DNA of 62,533 nt, the filler included, from Bacteriovoracaceae bacterium (GTDB lineage: Bacteria > Bdellovibrionota > Bacteriovoracia > Bacteriovoracales > Bacteriovoracaceae), in NCBI GenBank assembly GCA_018649885.1. It is 5 parts of 5 records of this genome, joined end to end, with 100 filler letters (N's around TTAATTAATTAA, not from the genome) between each part and the next. Parts side by side here need not be neighbours in the genome. Positions count along the whole stretch, not along the records: positions 9,222 to 24,053 come from JABIHA010000029.1; 4 more parts are not named here. One strand, written 5' to 3'. The notes beneath the pieces are model-generated. The model saw only the letters and a program-made list of their open reading frames with translations. It searched no databases and was not told where the DNA came from. Every line of letters begins with the position of its first letter. The first letter of the stretch is position 1. A program made the translations under genes and the position numbers. Positions 10,773-19,740 of this stretch are shown piece by piece.

Positions 10773-10991
10773 TTATTTTAGGAATGTGTTGATTATTCCA
10801 ATAAATGAAACAGACAAAACATGGCCCATGGAAGATAAATCGTATTCATCTTTTTTTGCCTTGGTTATTAGGTTATTGCTTATGAGCTCTTTGATGTGAT
10901 GATAAAATTGTCCTTGGGACAATTGTGTTTGATCTAGTAAGCCTTTTTTTGAGGTTGGACCTTTTTTGATTAGGGTTCTGATTATTTTCAT
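10773..10991 (-). CDS. Small winged-helix (ArsR-like) HTH protein, possibly a C-terminal remnant
   Basis: LLDQTQLSQGQFYHHIKELISNNLI pattern; 5' end lies next to the repeat at 11057. Confidence 0.55.
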   Translation of the reverse strand: MKIIRTLIKKGPTSKKGLLDQTQLSQGQFYHHIKELISNNLITKAKKDEYDLSSMGHVLSVSFIGIINTFLK

Positions 10992-11056
10992 TTTTTCTGG
11001 TGTTGAAAAATTTGAAGGCGTGTATTCATTGTAATCACAAATATATGTTAAATTAG

Positions 11057-11168
11057 CTCGGGTGCCAGTATACTTGTCAATTCCATTGCGGCGGTGCGCG
11101 GTTAACTGTTAACATGTTATCCGTTAACAGTGCACTGTTCAGTTTACGGTTTCTGTTGTTTTTTCTTA
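11057..11168 (+). repeat. Modular palindromic repeat, modules A+B
   Basis: ctcgggtgccagtatacttgtcaattccattgcg (A), then gcggtgcgcggttaactgttaacatgttatccgttaacagtgcac (B), then gttcagtttacggtttc tail. Confidence 0.9.
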
Positions 11169-11228
11169 AACATTGTATCTGGTACTCATTCTCCTCTAAC
11201 CTACTGTAAATTGGTTAATACTCTTAAG

Positions 11229-11320
11229 TTAACCTGGATTTTCCGGTTATTCACTCCAGGTTAATGTGATAACCTGGATTTGACGATAAGTTAGTCCGGA
11301 TTAGTGAAATAACCCGGATA
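11229..11320. promoter_or_regulatory. Periodic inverted-repeat operator array upstream of the Fic gene
   Basis: taacc(t/c)ggat at 11230, 11270 and 11310 (40-bp period); inverted half-sites at 11255 and 11295. Confidence 0.7.
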
Positions 11321-11337
11321 TGAGGTAAAATAAACCT

Positions 11338-12618
11338 ATGAAAATCAAAGAGTTAGCTGAAAAACTACAACAAAAATTCATTGATGGACAAGAGTGCGGA
11401 ATTGTAAAAGTCGACCATAGGGATTGGCAAAACATCTATTTCGTTGTGCCTCCACCACCTCCCAAAACGCTAACCGACAAGCTGGATTATGGATTGGTTG
11501 GGGAGGCATTAAAAATCCTTAATGGACTACCTCAATTTTCAGAAATGAGTGAACTCGATATGTTGATCAACTATTTATTTGTGAGACGAGAAGCAGTTCA
11601 ATCCTCTCGGCTTGAGGGAACTTGGTCCACTATTGATCATGCACTTACCCCTGGTGAAATCTCCGATTCGGGAGAAAGCAAAAATGAACATCAAGCCGTA
11701 AGATGCTATGCAAATTTGTTTGAAGGTATTCTGAAGAAAGCAACAGAAGAAAAAGCAGAAATTTTCACTGAAGAATTCGTATGCTCTGTTCAAAAAAGGA
11801 TAGTTGAGAATGATCCTAATTCTAGTGGAGTTCCTGGAAAACTAAGAACGCCTAACGAACCTGGGAGTATTGTGACTATAGGCGGAGGCCAGAGATCCGA
11901 AAACTCAATTTACAACCCAGCACCAGCTTCAGAAGTTAGGAGGTGCCTCAATGACGTATTGGAATGGTTCAGAGATGATGAGATGGCACAGATGGGAGAT
12001 GCTGGGGCAGGAGGCTTGAGCCTACCAATTAGATTAGCAATAGGACACTCTCATTTTGAAGCAATACACCCCTTTACGGATGGAAATGGTAGAACAGGCA
12101 GAACTCTGTGGCCCATTCAAATGATCAGTGCGGGGAACATGCCATTGTATCTATCTGGTTATGTCGAAGCGAAGAAGGAGAAGTACGGAGCAGCCCTCGC
12201 AGAGTCACAAAAGAGATTAAACTACGGGCCGATAATTGAATTCATTTGCAATGCAATTATCGAGAGCAATTTAGAGACCAAAAAAACAAAAGAAACAATA
12301 AAATCTTTAGAAGATAGATGGCAGGAGAGAGGAAGGTTCAGGGAGAAGTCTGCTTCCAAGCGCGCCCTAAGACTTCTACTTACGAGTCCAATAATTACTA
12401 ATGCGTTTTTGCAAAAAGAGTTGGGTGTATCCAAGACTGCAAGTAACGAAGCGATAAAGACTTTGGAAGAAAGGAAAGTAATCCGTTACAGAAAACTGGA
12501 AAAAAGGCAAAAAGTCTATGCTGCTGAGGAACTTATCCAAGTTCTTTCTAGGCCATTTGGAAGCGAAGTTGAGCTTGCATTGGAAAAAGCAGAGATTCTA
12601 CTAGAATTGAAATCCTAA
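11338..12618 (+). CDS. Fic family protein with C-terminal HTH
   Basis: HPFTDGNGRTGR catalytic motif, EAVQSSRLEGT inhibitory-type motif, C-terminal LQKELGVSKTASNEAI helix-turn-helix. Confidence 0.93.
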   Translation: MKIKELAEKLQQKFIDGQECGIVKVDHRDWQNIYFVVPPPPPKTLTDKLDYGLVGEALKILNGLPQFSEMSELDMLINYLFVRREAVQSSRLEGTWSTIDHALTPGEISDSGESKNEHQAVRCYANLFEGILKKATEEKAEIFTEEFVCSVQKRIVENDPNSSGVPGKLRTPNEPGSIVTIGGGQRSENSIYNPAPASEVRRCLNDVLEWFRDDEMAQMGDAGAGGLSLPIRLAIGHSHFEAIHPFTDGNGRTGRTLWPIQMISAGNMPLYLSGYVEAKKEKYGAALAESQKRLNYGPIIEFICNAIIESNLETKKTKETIKSLEDRWQERGRFREKSASKRALRLLLTSPIITNAFLQKELGVSKTASNEAIKTLEERKVIRYRKLEKRQKVYAAEELIQVLSRPFGSEVELALEKAEILLELKS

Positions 12619-12829
12619 AAAGTGGTGCACCTAAATCTCTAAGTCAGAATCAAAGAGAACGACACAGTACTTATTTCAAAAGATTAATTTCAACTAAATA
12701 AAACTAAACGGCAGGAAAACAATGGATGGTGTAATTGAAATCAAGAAATTCTATGCAAAAAAATTATCAAATACTGCAATTTAAAAACAAAAATCAGGGA
12801 CTCAATATTATGCGATTTTATTTCTATAT

Positions 12830-13204
12830 ATGGTAACTTCTATTCCGGTTCCCCCCTATCTTTATTACAGCGAGACCTACGATATTGAGACAATAATATC
12901 ACTTTGCTTAACTCCTCTGGGGATCGCTATGATCATTTATCAACTCTATACGAGAAAAGTAATTTCCAGAAAAGATATATTAAACTTTAAATCAAAAGAG
13001 TTATTAGTGTATTTGAATGGAAAAAACGGGGCAAATCAAAGTAGCATAACTGAACTTCGAAGGAACTTTGAAAATGAGTACATTGCTTTTGAACGAAAAA
13101 TTGAAAAAGTTTCAATATTTGTGAAAAGAACACTAGAGCTACTTCTTTTTCTTTTTATTGGTATGATCCTCGAAAATCATTTGTTTGAAAATGGAAATAT
13201 TTAG
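12830..13204 (+). CDS. Hypothetical membrane protein (possibly a fragment)
   Basis: 124-aa ORF with two hydrophobic segments; no motif recognised. Confidence 0.4.
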   Translation: MVTSIPVPPYLYYSETYDIETIISLCLTPLGIAMIIYQLYTRKVISRKDILNFKSKELLVYLNGKNGANQSSITELRRNFENEYIAFERKIEKVSIFVKRTLELLLFLFIGMILENHLFENGNI

Positions 13205-13252
13205 AATGAGAAAAAGGATTTTTTCTTAGACTCTCTACATACTATGATTCTT

Positions 13253-13340
13253 GCAGCAGTATGCGGTGCGCGGTTAACTGTTAACATGTTAGCGGTTAAC
13301 AGTGCATGGTTCAGTTTTGATTGGAAAGGTACATGTACTT
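13253..13340 (+). repeat. Modular palindromic repeat, module B plus tail
   Basis: gcggtgcgcggttaactgttaacatgttagcggttaacagtgcatggttcagtttt...ggaaaggtacatgtac. Confidence 0.9.
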
Positions 13341-13341
13341 G

Positions 13342-13818
13342 TTATTCAACTATACCTTTTACTTTATGTGCATCAACAACCTGCTCTTCAATTTCTTTTT
13401 CCTGAAGTTCGCTATCCGCAATTTGCTTCAAGCAAGCTTGAGTGAGTTTTATATAACGCCAAGATGTGAATAGAGAAGGGTTATTTTGTATAAAGCTACA
13501 GTCATTTTGAACAGGATCACCGTTACGAATAGATCTCATCATTTTCATGGCAAATGATTTATTTTGCATTCCCACAGTTTGATTTAGTAGTTCACCATTG
13601 GAGCAAGCAAAATGTTGGGTAAACATTGGAATTCGGCCTTCACATTTAATAAGATGTATATCCTCTCTATCAAAACGATCCTTTACTTCGTGATAACAAT
13701 CGGGTGTAAGTAAACTGAAAATTTCAGCTTCTTCAATACATTTATCCACTTCTTGTGCTAGACCTGTAGCAATTGCTGTAAACATACAAATTATAATAAT
13801 TAGAAATTTAATTTTCAT
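13342..13818 (-). CDS. Secreted hypothetical protein
   Basis: Signal peptide, AGGAG RBS, six Cys in the mature region. Confidence 0.75.
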   Translation of the reverse strand: MKIKFLIIIICMFTAIATGLAQEVDKCIEEAEIFSLLTPDCYHEVKDRFDREDIHLIKCEGRIPMFTQHFACSNGELLNQTVGMQNKSFAMKMMRSIRNGDPVQNDCSFIQNNPSLFTSWRYIKLTQACLKQIADSELQEKEIEEQVVDAHKVKGIVE

Positions 13819-13852
13819 CTGATACTCCTACCTAATTTATTTCATCTTTAAA

Positions 13853-13870
13853 CTGCAAGATGTGAACCAA
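13853..13870 (-). promoter_or_regulatory. Putative sigma-54 -24/-12 promoter
   Basis: Minus strand reads TTTGGTTCACATCTTGCA (GG-N10-GC), ~35 bp upstream of the 13818 start. Confidence 0.45.
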
Positions 13871-13961
13871 AATTAGATAGTCTAACTCTTTGACTTTAGA
13901 ACGAAATGTCAAAGAATTGAACAAGGGTGAAAAAATAATATACTATCAATAAATATTATTT

Positions 13962-13998
13962 AGTAAGCGGTGCAATCAATGGAAAAAGCTACCTTACT
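13962..13998 (+). repeat. Collapsed repeat copy (head and tail only)
   Basis: agtaagcggtgc head followed by a tggaaaaagctacctt tail-like sequence. Confidence 0.5.
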
Positions 13999-14976
13999 TT
14001 AATATGGACGTGGGAAGCCATTTTCTTTGAATATTCTGGCCTTTTCTTGTCTAACTAGTGGGTGACGATCGTGATATCGTGCTGCCTCTGGTGATTCTGA
14101 ATACTCCCCTCCTCCGCCCATACCAATTATGTCAGCATGTCCTTGAGACAATGGAGAAACAGTGTTTATTCGATCTACTGAGCCATCTTTTAAATACCAA
14201 ATGGCACTAAAGATATCCACCACCACAAGACTTCCTTCATCAATTTGCTTTTCACCATCATATCCGATGTAAGCACCGGCAGCTACGTAGTATGGTATCC
14301 ATCTTGACTCAAATTTTTGAAGAAAAAACTGAGTGGAAGATGAGTTGGAAGTATTAGATAATTCGAATGTAAGGCGCCTTCCTGACTTGAATTCTTTTTC
14401 ATCAATAACTAATTTAAGGACGACAGGCAAGGCCTCAGGAATGCTTTCAGGGCTATTTTCTTCGACCATTACTATTAACTCCTCAGTCATAGAAACAAGT
14501 CCGGGCTTATCAACAGTGGCAACTAATGATAAACAACTGCTATTATCAAGAGTGGTCTGTGTATCAAAACGAGAAAAAACCTCAACCATCTTCACACAAA
14601 ACTGTTCATTATTCATACCCTCATCTTTTGCAAATTGATTTAATAAATGTGCTCCCTGAGTGATATGTTGGTAATTGACCATGGCCAACTCTGCTCTTTG
14701 CGGATCTGTTTTAAGAAAATAAATCCCTGATTTTAGTTGCTCAAGATTGTAGTTAATAGAGGTCCCCTCATTTTGCCGAACAGAAAGTCCCAAGAAGTCA
14801 CCATCTTCATCTACTTGTGCATAAAAATCGAAATTATCTTCACCATAGATCTCACCTGTAAATGCTTCTACTGTCAGAAGAAATTTTTCCTCCTCAGGAG
14901 TGTCTGAGGCTTGGGCCATATTCAAAACATAGGAAAAGAAAATTGCAGCAATTAAAACAATATTTTTAGAATTCAT
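13999..14976 (-). CDS. Secreted acidic hypothetical protein
   Basis: 325-aa ORF with signal peptide (AQA cleavage site). Confidence 0.75.
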   Translation of the reverse strand: MNSKNIVLIAAIFFSYVLNMAQASDTPEEEKFLLTVEAFTGEIYGEDNFDFYAQVDEDGDFLGLSVRQNEGTSINYNLEQLKSGIYFLKTDPQRAELAMVNYQHITQGAHLLNQFAKDEGMNNEQFCVKMVEVFSRFDTQTTLDNSSCLSLVATVDKPGLVSMTEELIVMVEENSPESIPEALPVVLKLVIDEKEFKSGRRLTFELSNTSNSSSTQFFLQKFESRWIPYYVAAGAYIGYDGEKQIDEGSLVVVDIFSAIWYLKDGSVDRINTVSPLSQGHADIIGMGGGGEYSESPEAARYHDRHPLVRQEKARIFKENGFPRPY

Positions 14977-15124
14977 ATAACTATCCCTGCTTCAGAGTTT
15001 TGAGAATTAGTTTAAACAACGAAATATTAAGTATAATACTGACTCTTTTAAAAATGGTTGCTCTTGAACATTTTACAACTTTCTATGTCAAAACTTTAGG
15101 CAATTTCACCTAGAACTCAGGAAA

Positions 15125-15210
15125 CTCGGGTGCCAGCATACTTGTCAATTCCATTGCGGCAGTAAGCAGCGCGCGGTTCAGTTTACGGTTTCGGTTGTTT
15201 TATTTTCTTA
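15125..15210 (+). repeat. Modular repeat, module A plus B lacking the hairpin core
   Basis: ctcgggtgccagcatacttgtcaattccattgcggcagtaagcagcgcgcggttcagtttacggtttcggttgttttattttctta. Confidence 0.9.
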
Positions 15211-16008
15211 GACAGATGCTTTAGTTCCCAACATTCGCTGGAAAAGAGCAATCACAATTTTGTAGGGGACAAAACGGCTTAGTAAGACGTACATCCAATT
15301 TGTAAAACCGGTTATTTTAACCATTTTTCCTGAAAAAAGGGCCTGGCATCCCATCTCCACAACACACTCGCTGCTCATAGCGCCCTTGGCCGCGAGGGAG
15401 CCCAACTTCCAATCGGCCCGCTCCATAAATTCTGTGGTAGTGAGTCCGGGGCAAAGACAGGAAATTTTAATATTTGTATCACGCCACTCAGTTGCCAATG
15501 CTCTTGATAAAGAGTGGACATACGCTTTTGTGGCGGCATATACGGCCAACTTAGGCGTGGAAATGAAAGAAGAGATGGAAGCAATATTTTGGATGTAACA
15601 AGAGTTTTTACTATTCAACATTGATTTGGCAAAAAGCCAAATCAAGGAACTTAAGCGCTCCATATTAATACTCATGGCAACTCTATGATCATCATATTTA
15701 TTTTCTAAAAAATTCCCAAAATGACCTAATCCGGCATTATTGATCAAGATATCAATTGATCTTCCCCCTGCACTAGCAGCATCAAAAATTTTCTGGGGAG
15801 CATTTTCTTCCAGCAAATCACAGACAAAAACCTCTATCTCAACACCATACTTGCTCTGTAAATGCTCTTTTAATTGATCTAAGCGATCTTTGCGTCTGGC
15901 AGTCACAAAGACGTTGATTCCGCGCTTTGCCAGTGCCTGTGCATAACAGTAACCAATGCCACTAGAAGCCCCTGTAACCACGGCCCATTGAACTTTATTC
16001 TCCATCAT
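15208..16008 (-). CDS. Short-chain dehydrogenase/reductase (SDR)
   Basis: TGASSGIG, NNAG, YAATK and LCPG motifs. Confidence 0.95.
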   Translation of the reverse strand: MMENKVQWAVVTGASSGIGYCYAQALAKRGINVFVTARRKDRLDQLKEHLQSKYGVEIEVFVCDLLEENAPQKIFDAASAGGRSIDILINNAGLGHFGNFLENKYDDHRVAMSINMERLSSLIWLFAKSMLNSKNSCYIQNIASISSFISTPKLAVYAATKAYVHSLSRALATEWRDTNIKISCLCPGLTTTEFMERADWKLGSLAAKGAMSSECVVEMGCQALFSGKMVKITGFTNWMYVLLSRFVPYKIVIALFQRMLGTKASV

Positions 16009-16223
16009 TCTTGCATCCCATAAGAGATCCGGTCCATCAAGTAAATTTTGGGAACCTATTTGAACCTACTTAATTAATAATTAATGTTTTTTTATCACCT
16101 ATATTTGGCCAGGAAAAGTTTGAACAAATGAATATTGAATTTAATCAAGCATTGGGGTAGAGCTAGAGACGCTTTCATAGAAAAACTATCCAATTTGCTG
16201 GCAAACATTTAAAAAGGGCCAAA

Positions 16224-16733
16224 ATGATATATCGACTCATACTTTTCTTAGGACTCTTCATGGTTCACACTCAAGCACATTCCAAAGCTTTAATGGACCC
16301 TGCCTTTATTAATGGTTCTTGGTCAGGTGAGTGCACTTCTCAATATAAGTATTGGCCGAATCATTTAATTCTGCTTACTGATGGATTAGGACTTTCTATT
16401 ACAAGTTATTATCAAGAAGGTTTTAATGGCCCTATCTTAAAGTTATTTACTCGCTACATTATGAAAGAAGCAGCATTTCAACTTAATTACGATGTGGGGA
16501 GTGGAATGGGTTATACTATTAAAGGTAATACTATTATGAAGGATGAAAGTACCCTGTTTATTGATGAAGTCATTGAAACGAAAACATTGTTTGGGACTTC
16601 AATTTCAGTAGGAAGTGGGGAGTTTTCTCGCATTGATGATAAAAATAGCTTAAGGCTTAGGATTACTGATAGTCAAAAAGATGATGCTATCTGCTTTTTT
16701 AAAAAAAATGGACTATCCCCTATCAGTAATTAA
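16224..16733 (+). CDS. Secreted hypothetical protein
   Basis: Signal peptide; GSWSGEC start reminiscent of lipocalin-like barrels. Confidence 0.7.
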   Translation: MIYRLILFLGLFMVHTQAHSKALMDPAFINGSWSGECTSQYKYWPNHLILLTDGLGLSITSYYQEGFNGPILKLFTRYIMKEAAFQLNYDVGSGMGYTIKGNTIMKDESTLFIDEVIETKTLFGTSISVGSGEFSRIDDKNSLRLRITDSQKDDAICFFKKNGLSPISN

Positions 16734-16895
16734 TTTCACCGAATATAAGCACATATCTCAAATATCAATCACCTTTCTTCCTCTAAAATAAATAAGAAAT
16801 ATTGGATAATTAATCGTTAACTTTTTATACCTACGTTTTGATCTGTATTTTATTAATATTAATAACAGAGAAGCATTTAAGCTAATTTATTTTAA

Positions 16896-17885
16896 ATGAG
16901 GAGAAAAAAGATGATTGGAAATGTACAAAAAAAGCTAATAGAGCTGCCAACTTATGGATCCCAACTAATTAGAATGGCCATGCTAATTTTATGTGTCTAT
17001 TCTTTTTCTACTAGAAATGTAATGGGAGCATGGTGTTCGAAAGTTACAGGAAAGACCCTTGTCGGCTCTTGGGAGAGTTCTGACACATCGTCGAGCTGTG
17101 AAGATTTAAAAATAGCATTTCAAATTATTCCCGGCAGTGGTATCACAATTTCAGGCACAAGCTTGGCCGGAACATTTAAATGGATGGGTTACTATGAAAG
17201 TCGTACCTCAGCACTTAAAACAGATAAGCATGCAGCCGGATCAATTGCTTACTATCTAAATTATTCTGGCTGGGATTCTTCCACAAGATTATTATATTTT
17301 TCAGGATATAAACTCGTAAGAGACTCAACCTCTACAGCGGCGCCGCAATGGGAACCCGTCGAAATTGAAGTAGGCAATGGTGGTTTTAGTGACAATTTAG
17401 CAAGTAATTGTAGTTCTTCCATGAAGTTTAATTCAGCATTGACAGACGTATCACCAAGACCAGCATCTGATTTAGGTCTGCTTACAGCGTATTGGGATAC
17501 AGCATCTACGAGCTCTAGCTGTGTTGGGCGAGATTTAGATTACATCGCACCAGCTTGCTATGTAGATATTTATGACGATTCCGATCTTGCTGGAAGCTAC
17601 TCCATGCTAGGTATTTATCGAGAAAATAATACCAGATTAACTAATAAGGGGTTTGCTGAGGGAGAAATTGGGTTTTATGCCGATAATACTGCTCAAAATA
17701 AATTCTTGTGGGGTACTTATGAAAGCTACAACATAATGGTCAATTGGTCTCGCGGGGCTGCAGGCATCCGACAAAGAACGTGGTGGGAAGCAGGAGAGGC
17801 AGAAGTTTACTATTACCCAAGCATGTATGGTACCTATACTGACAATGTATCAGATACCTGCGGTGAAGAGATGCTTGCGTATTAA
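16896..17885 (+). CDS. Hypothetical exported protein with two tandem homologous domains
   Basis: GSWESSDTSSSC...LAGTFKWMGYY aligns with AYWDTASTSSSC...LAGSYSMLGIY. Confidence 0.7.
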   Translation: MRRKKMIGNVQKKLIELPTYGSQLIRMAMLILCVYSFSTRNVMGAWCSKVTGKTLVGSWESSDTSSSCEDLKIAFQIIPGSGITISGTSLAGTFKWMGYYESRTSALKTDKHAAGSIAYYLNYSGWDSSTRLLYFSGYKLVRDSTSTAAPQWEPVEIEVGNGGFSDNLASNCSSSMKFNSALTDVSPRPASDLGLLTAYWDTASTSSSCVGRDLDYIAPACYVDIYDDSDLAGSYSMLGIYRENNTRLTNKGFAEGEIGFYADNTAQNKFLWGTYESYNIMVNWSRGAAGIRQRTWWEAGEAEVYYYPSMYGTYTDNVSDTCGEEMLAY

Positions 17886-17919
17886 CAAGATTTAAAAAAA
17901 AAGAGAAGATATAAAAGGG

Positions 17920-17972
17920 CCAGGTACACGGCGGAAAGATTAAAGTTACTCCGCCGTTTACCTGGTATTTTT
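17920..17972 (+). terminator. Intrinsic terminator
   Basis: ccaggtacacggcgga...tccgccgtttacctgg followed by a T tract. Confidence 0.65.
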
Positions 17973-18050
17973 ATTTACAGATTATACTGAAGTTAAAATT
18001 TTCTCAATTTCTTTAGTGCCAAATGGTTTAAAAAGATATCTATCAATGGA

Positions 18051-18142
18051 GTAAGCGGTGCGCGGTTAACTGTTAACATGTTAGCGGTTAACAGTGTACG
18101 GTTCAGTTTCAGTTTTGGTTGGAAAGGCACATGATCACCTTC
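18051..18142 (+). repeat. Modular palindromic repeat, module B plus tail
   Basis: gtaagcggtgcgcggttaactgttaacatgttagcggttaacagtgtacggttcagttt...ggaaaggcacatgatcacctt. Confidence 0.9.
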
Positions 18143-18754
18143 TTCTCCATCATTAACAATTTCTCTCCTAACATTGTGATGAGTAGCAGTTATAATTTAT
18201 TTAACCTATTCACTGGACAATTTTTAAAGCTCAAATTTGCTATTTTATTACTAACAAACCCAAGGGATCTTAAGTTGTTTATTTTTCTATTTTTACTTAT
18301 CTTTTCGCTTCCAAGTTTTTCAGAAAATCTGTATGGCCTAAATGTTGAATGCAATGTAACCAGAGATGGCGTTCTTATCGCCCATGCAAATGAAGAAGTT
18401 AAAAGTCATGACACTGCCTCTGTTGGTTTAACATTCAATTCTCAACCGAAGACAATATATCGGGAAAAAGGTTTTGATTTCCTTAGTGTAAATTATAATA
18501 AGGATGCTTTTAACATCGAAGACAAGGGCGATCCTTTAGGAGTGATGATTAAAAAAGATCATCATATTCAAATATGCAGATTTAATGGAAAACGCGGCCC
18601 TGCGAGGATTCATAGAAGTGATGGGAGTGTTCTAGAGATAGAAGATACTTCTCCCCACATGAAAGGGTATTACTTTGAAAGTGATGATCAGGGGAGATAT
18701 GATTTCAATACATATTGGAATGGTTTTTACATATCCTGTATCTCACGACAATGA
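18119..18754 (+). CDS. Secreted hypothetical protein (true start probably ~150 nt downstream)
   Basis: Signal-like LFIFLFLLIFSLPSFS lies inside the ORF, and the ORF 5' end overlaps the repeat tail. Confidence 0.6.
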   Translation: MERHMITFFSIINNFSPNIVMSSSYNLFNLFTGQFLKLKFAILLLTNPRDLKLFIFLFLLIFSLPSFSENLYGLNVECNVTRDGVLIAHANEEVKSHDTASVGLTFNSQPKTIYREKGFDFLSVNYNKDAFNIEDKGDPLGVMIKKDHHIQICRFNGKRGPARIHRSDGSVLEIEDTSPHMKGYYFESDDQGRYDFNTYWNGFYISCISRQ

Positions 18755-18825
18755 ATCTGTGCCACTTGCACCTGCTCGATTTCTACGACTATGTGGATCG
18801 TAAAAAGCGAGGCGGTACCAGACTT

Positions 18826-19275
18826 CTAGTAGTATGAAATATTTCCGTTAGTAAAAGTAGATGTATAATTTTTAAGTGCTTGCTCTTTTATATACCCTTT
18901 TATTTTCACACCAAAATCTATGTCTGCATACCAACCAAAATCTGCTGTTGCGGTAAATCCACACCTACTTGTGTCGACGTCCCCAAAAGGAGCAGGACGA
19001 TCAGAGCAATTAACGGCAACTCTTCCGCCTGATTTGAAAATATTGTCGACTTTTTTAGCGTTACCAATTACAGCAACAGATAATAACATATGCGTATTTT
19101 TATCTGCAGTTGCAATATGTTTAAATAGTGGGCTACCATCAATTGGGGACGCTCCTGTTGACTCTAGCCCAGTAGGTAAAGGTGTTTCAAATGTTAGTTC
19201 GGTAATCTGAATATTATCATTTGCGAACATACTAAATGAAGTAAAAATAGATAAGACCATAAATAATTTTTTCAT
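18826..19275 (-). CDS. Secreted hypothetical protein
   Basis: GAGGAG RBS before the MKKLFMVLSIFTSFSMFA signal peptide. Confidence 0.75.
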   Translation of the reverse strand: MKKLFMVLSIFTSFSMFANDNIQITELTFETPLPTGLESTGASPIDGSPLFKHIATADKNTHMLLSVAVIGNAKKVDNIFKSGGRVAVNCSDRPAPFGDVDTSRCGFTATADFGWYADIDFGVKIKGYIKEQALKNYTSTFTNGNISYY

Positions 19276-19474
19276 AAAACACTCCTCATAAAATTGGTTA
19301 TTATTTTGAACTCCTTGCTTCACCTGCTGAGTATCAGGAATTATAATTTAACACCAAAGTCTTAAAACTTTTACTGTCAGATTCATTGATTAATAATGAG
19401 ATATAAGAATAAATCATCGTTCCAAAATCATGGTTCCAAAACATGGTTCAATCATGACTGCAATACACTTCTCC

Positions 19475-19622
19475 GTATGCGGTGCGCGGTTAACTGTTAG
19501 CGTGTTAGCGGTTAACTGTTAGCGTGTTAGCGGTTAACAGTGCACAGTTCAGTTTACGGTTTCAGTTTTGTTTGGAAAGGTGCATGAAGTGTGTGATGTA
19601 AAAAATATCACGCACCTTTTTC
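19475..19622 (+). repeat. Modular repeat, module B with 22-bp internal tandem duplication plus tail palindrome
   Basis: gcggttaactgttagcgtgtta x2 (19486-19529); tail ggaaaggtgc...tatcacgcacctttt. Confidence 0.9.
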
Positions 19623-19740
19623 CTTGATCTAACTCAGCAATCACCGTGTCGTAATACATATCCATAAAGAGGTATCTTTAATACAGTAGACGTGACGGTG
19701 ATTTTAAGAATTTGAATAGTATAAATTTGGAGCAACTATT

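Noticed and set aside
11091..19545. Canonical integron attC call for module B
   Set aside because: GTTAAC/GTTAGC boxes only approximate RYYYAAC/GTTRRRY, cargo genes lie in both orientations with long upstream regions, and no intI is present. Kept only as an analogy.
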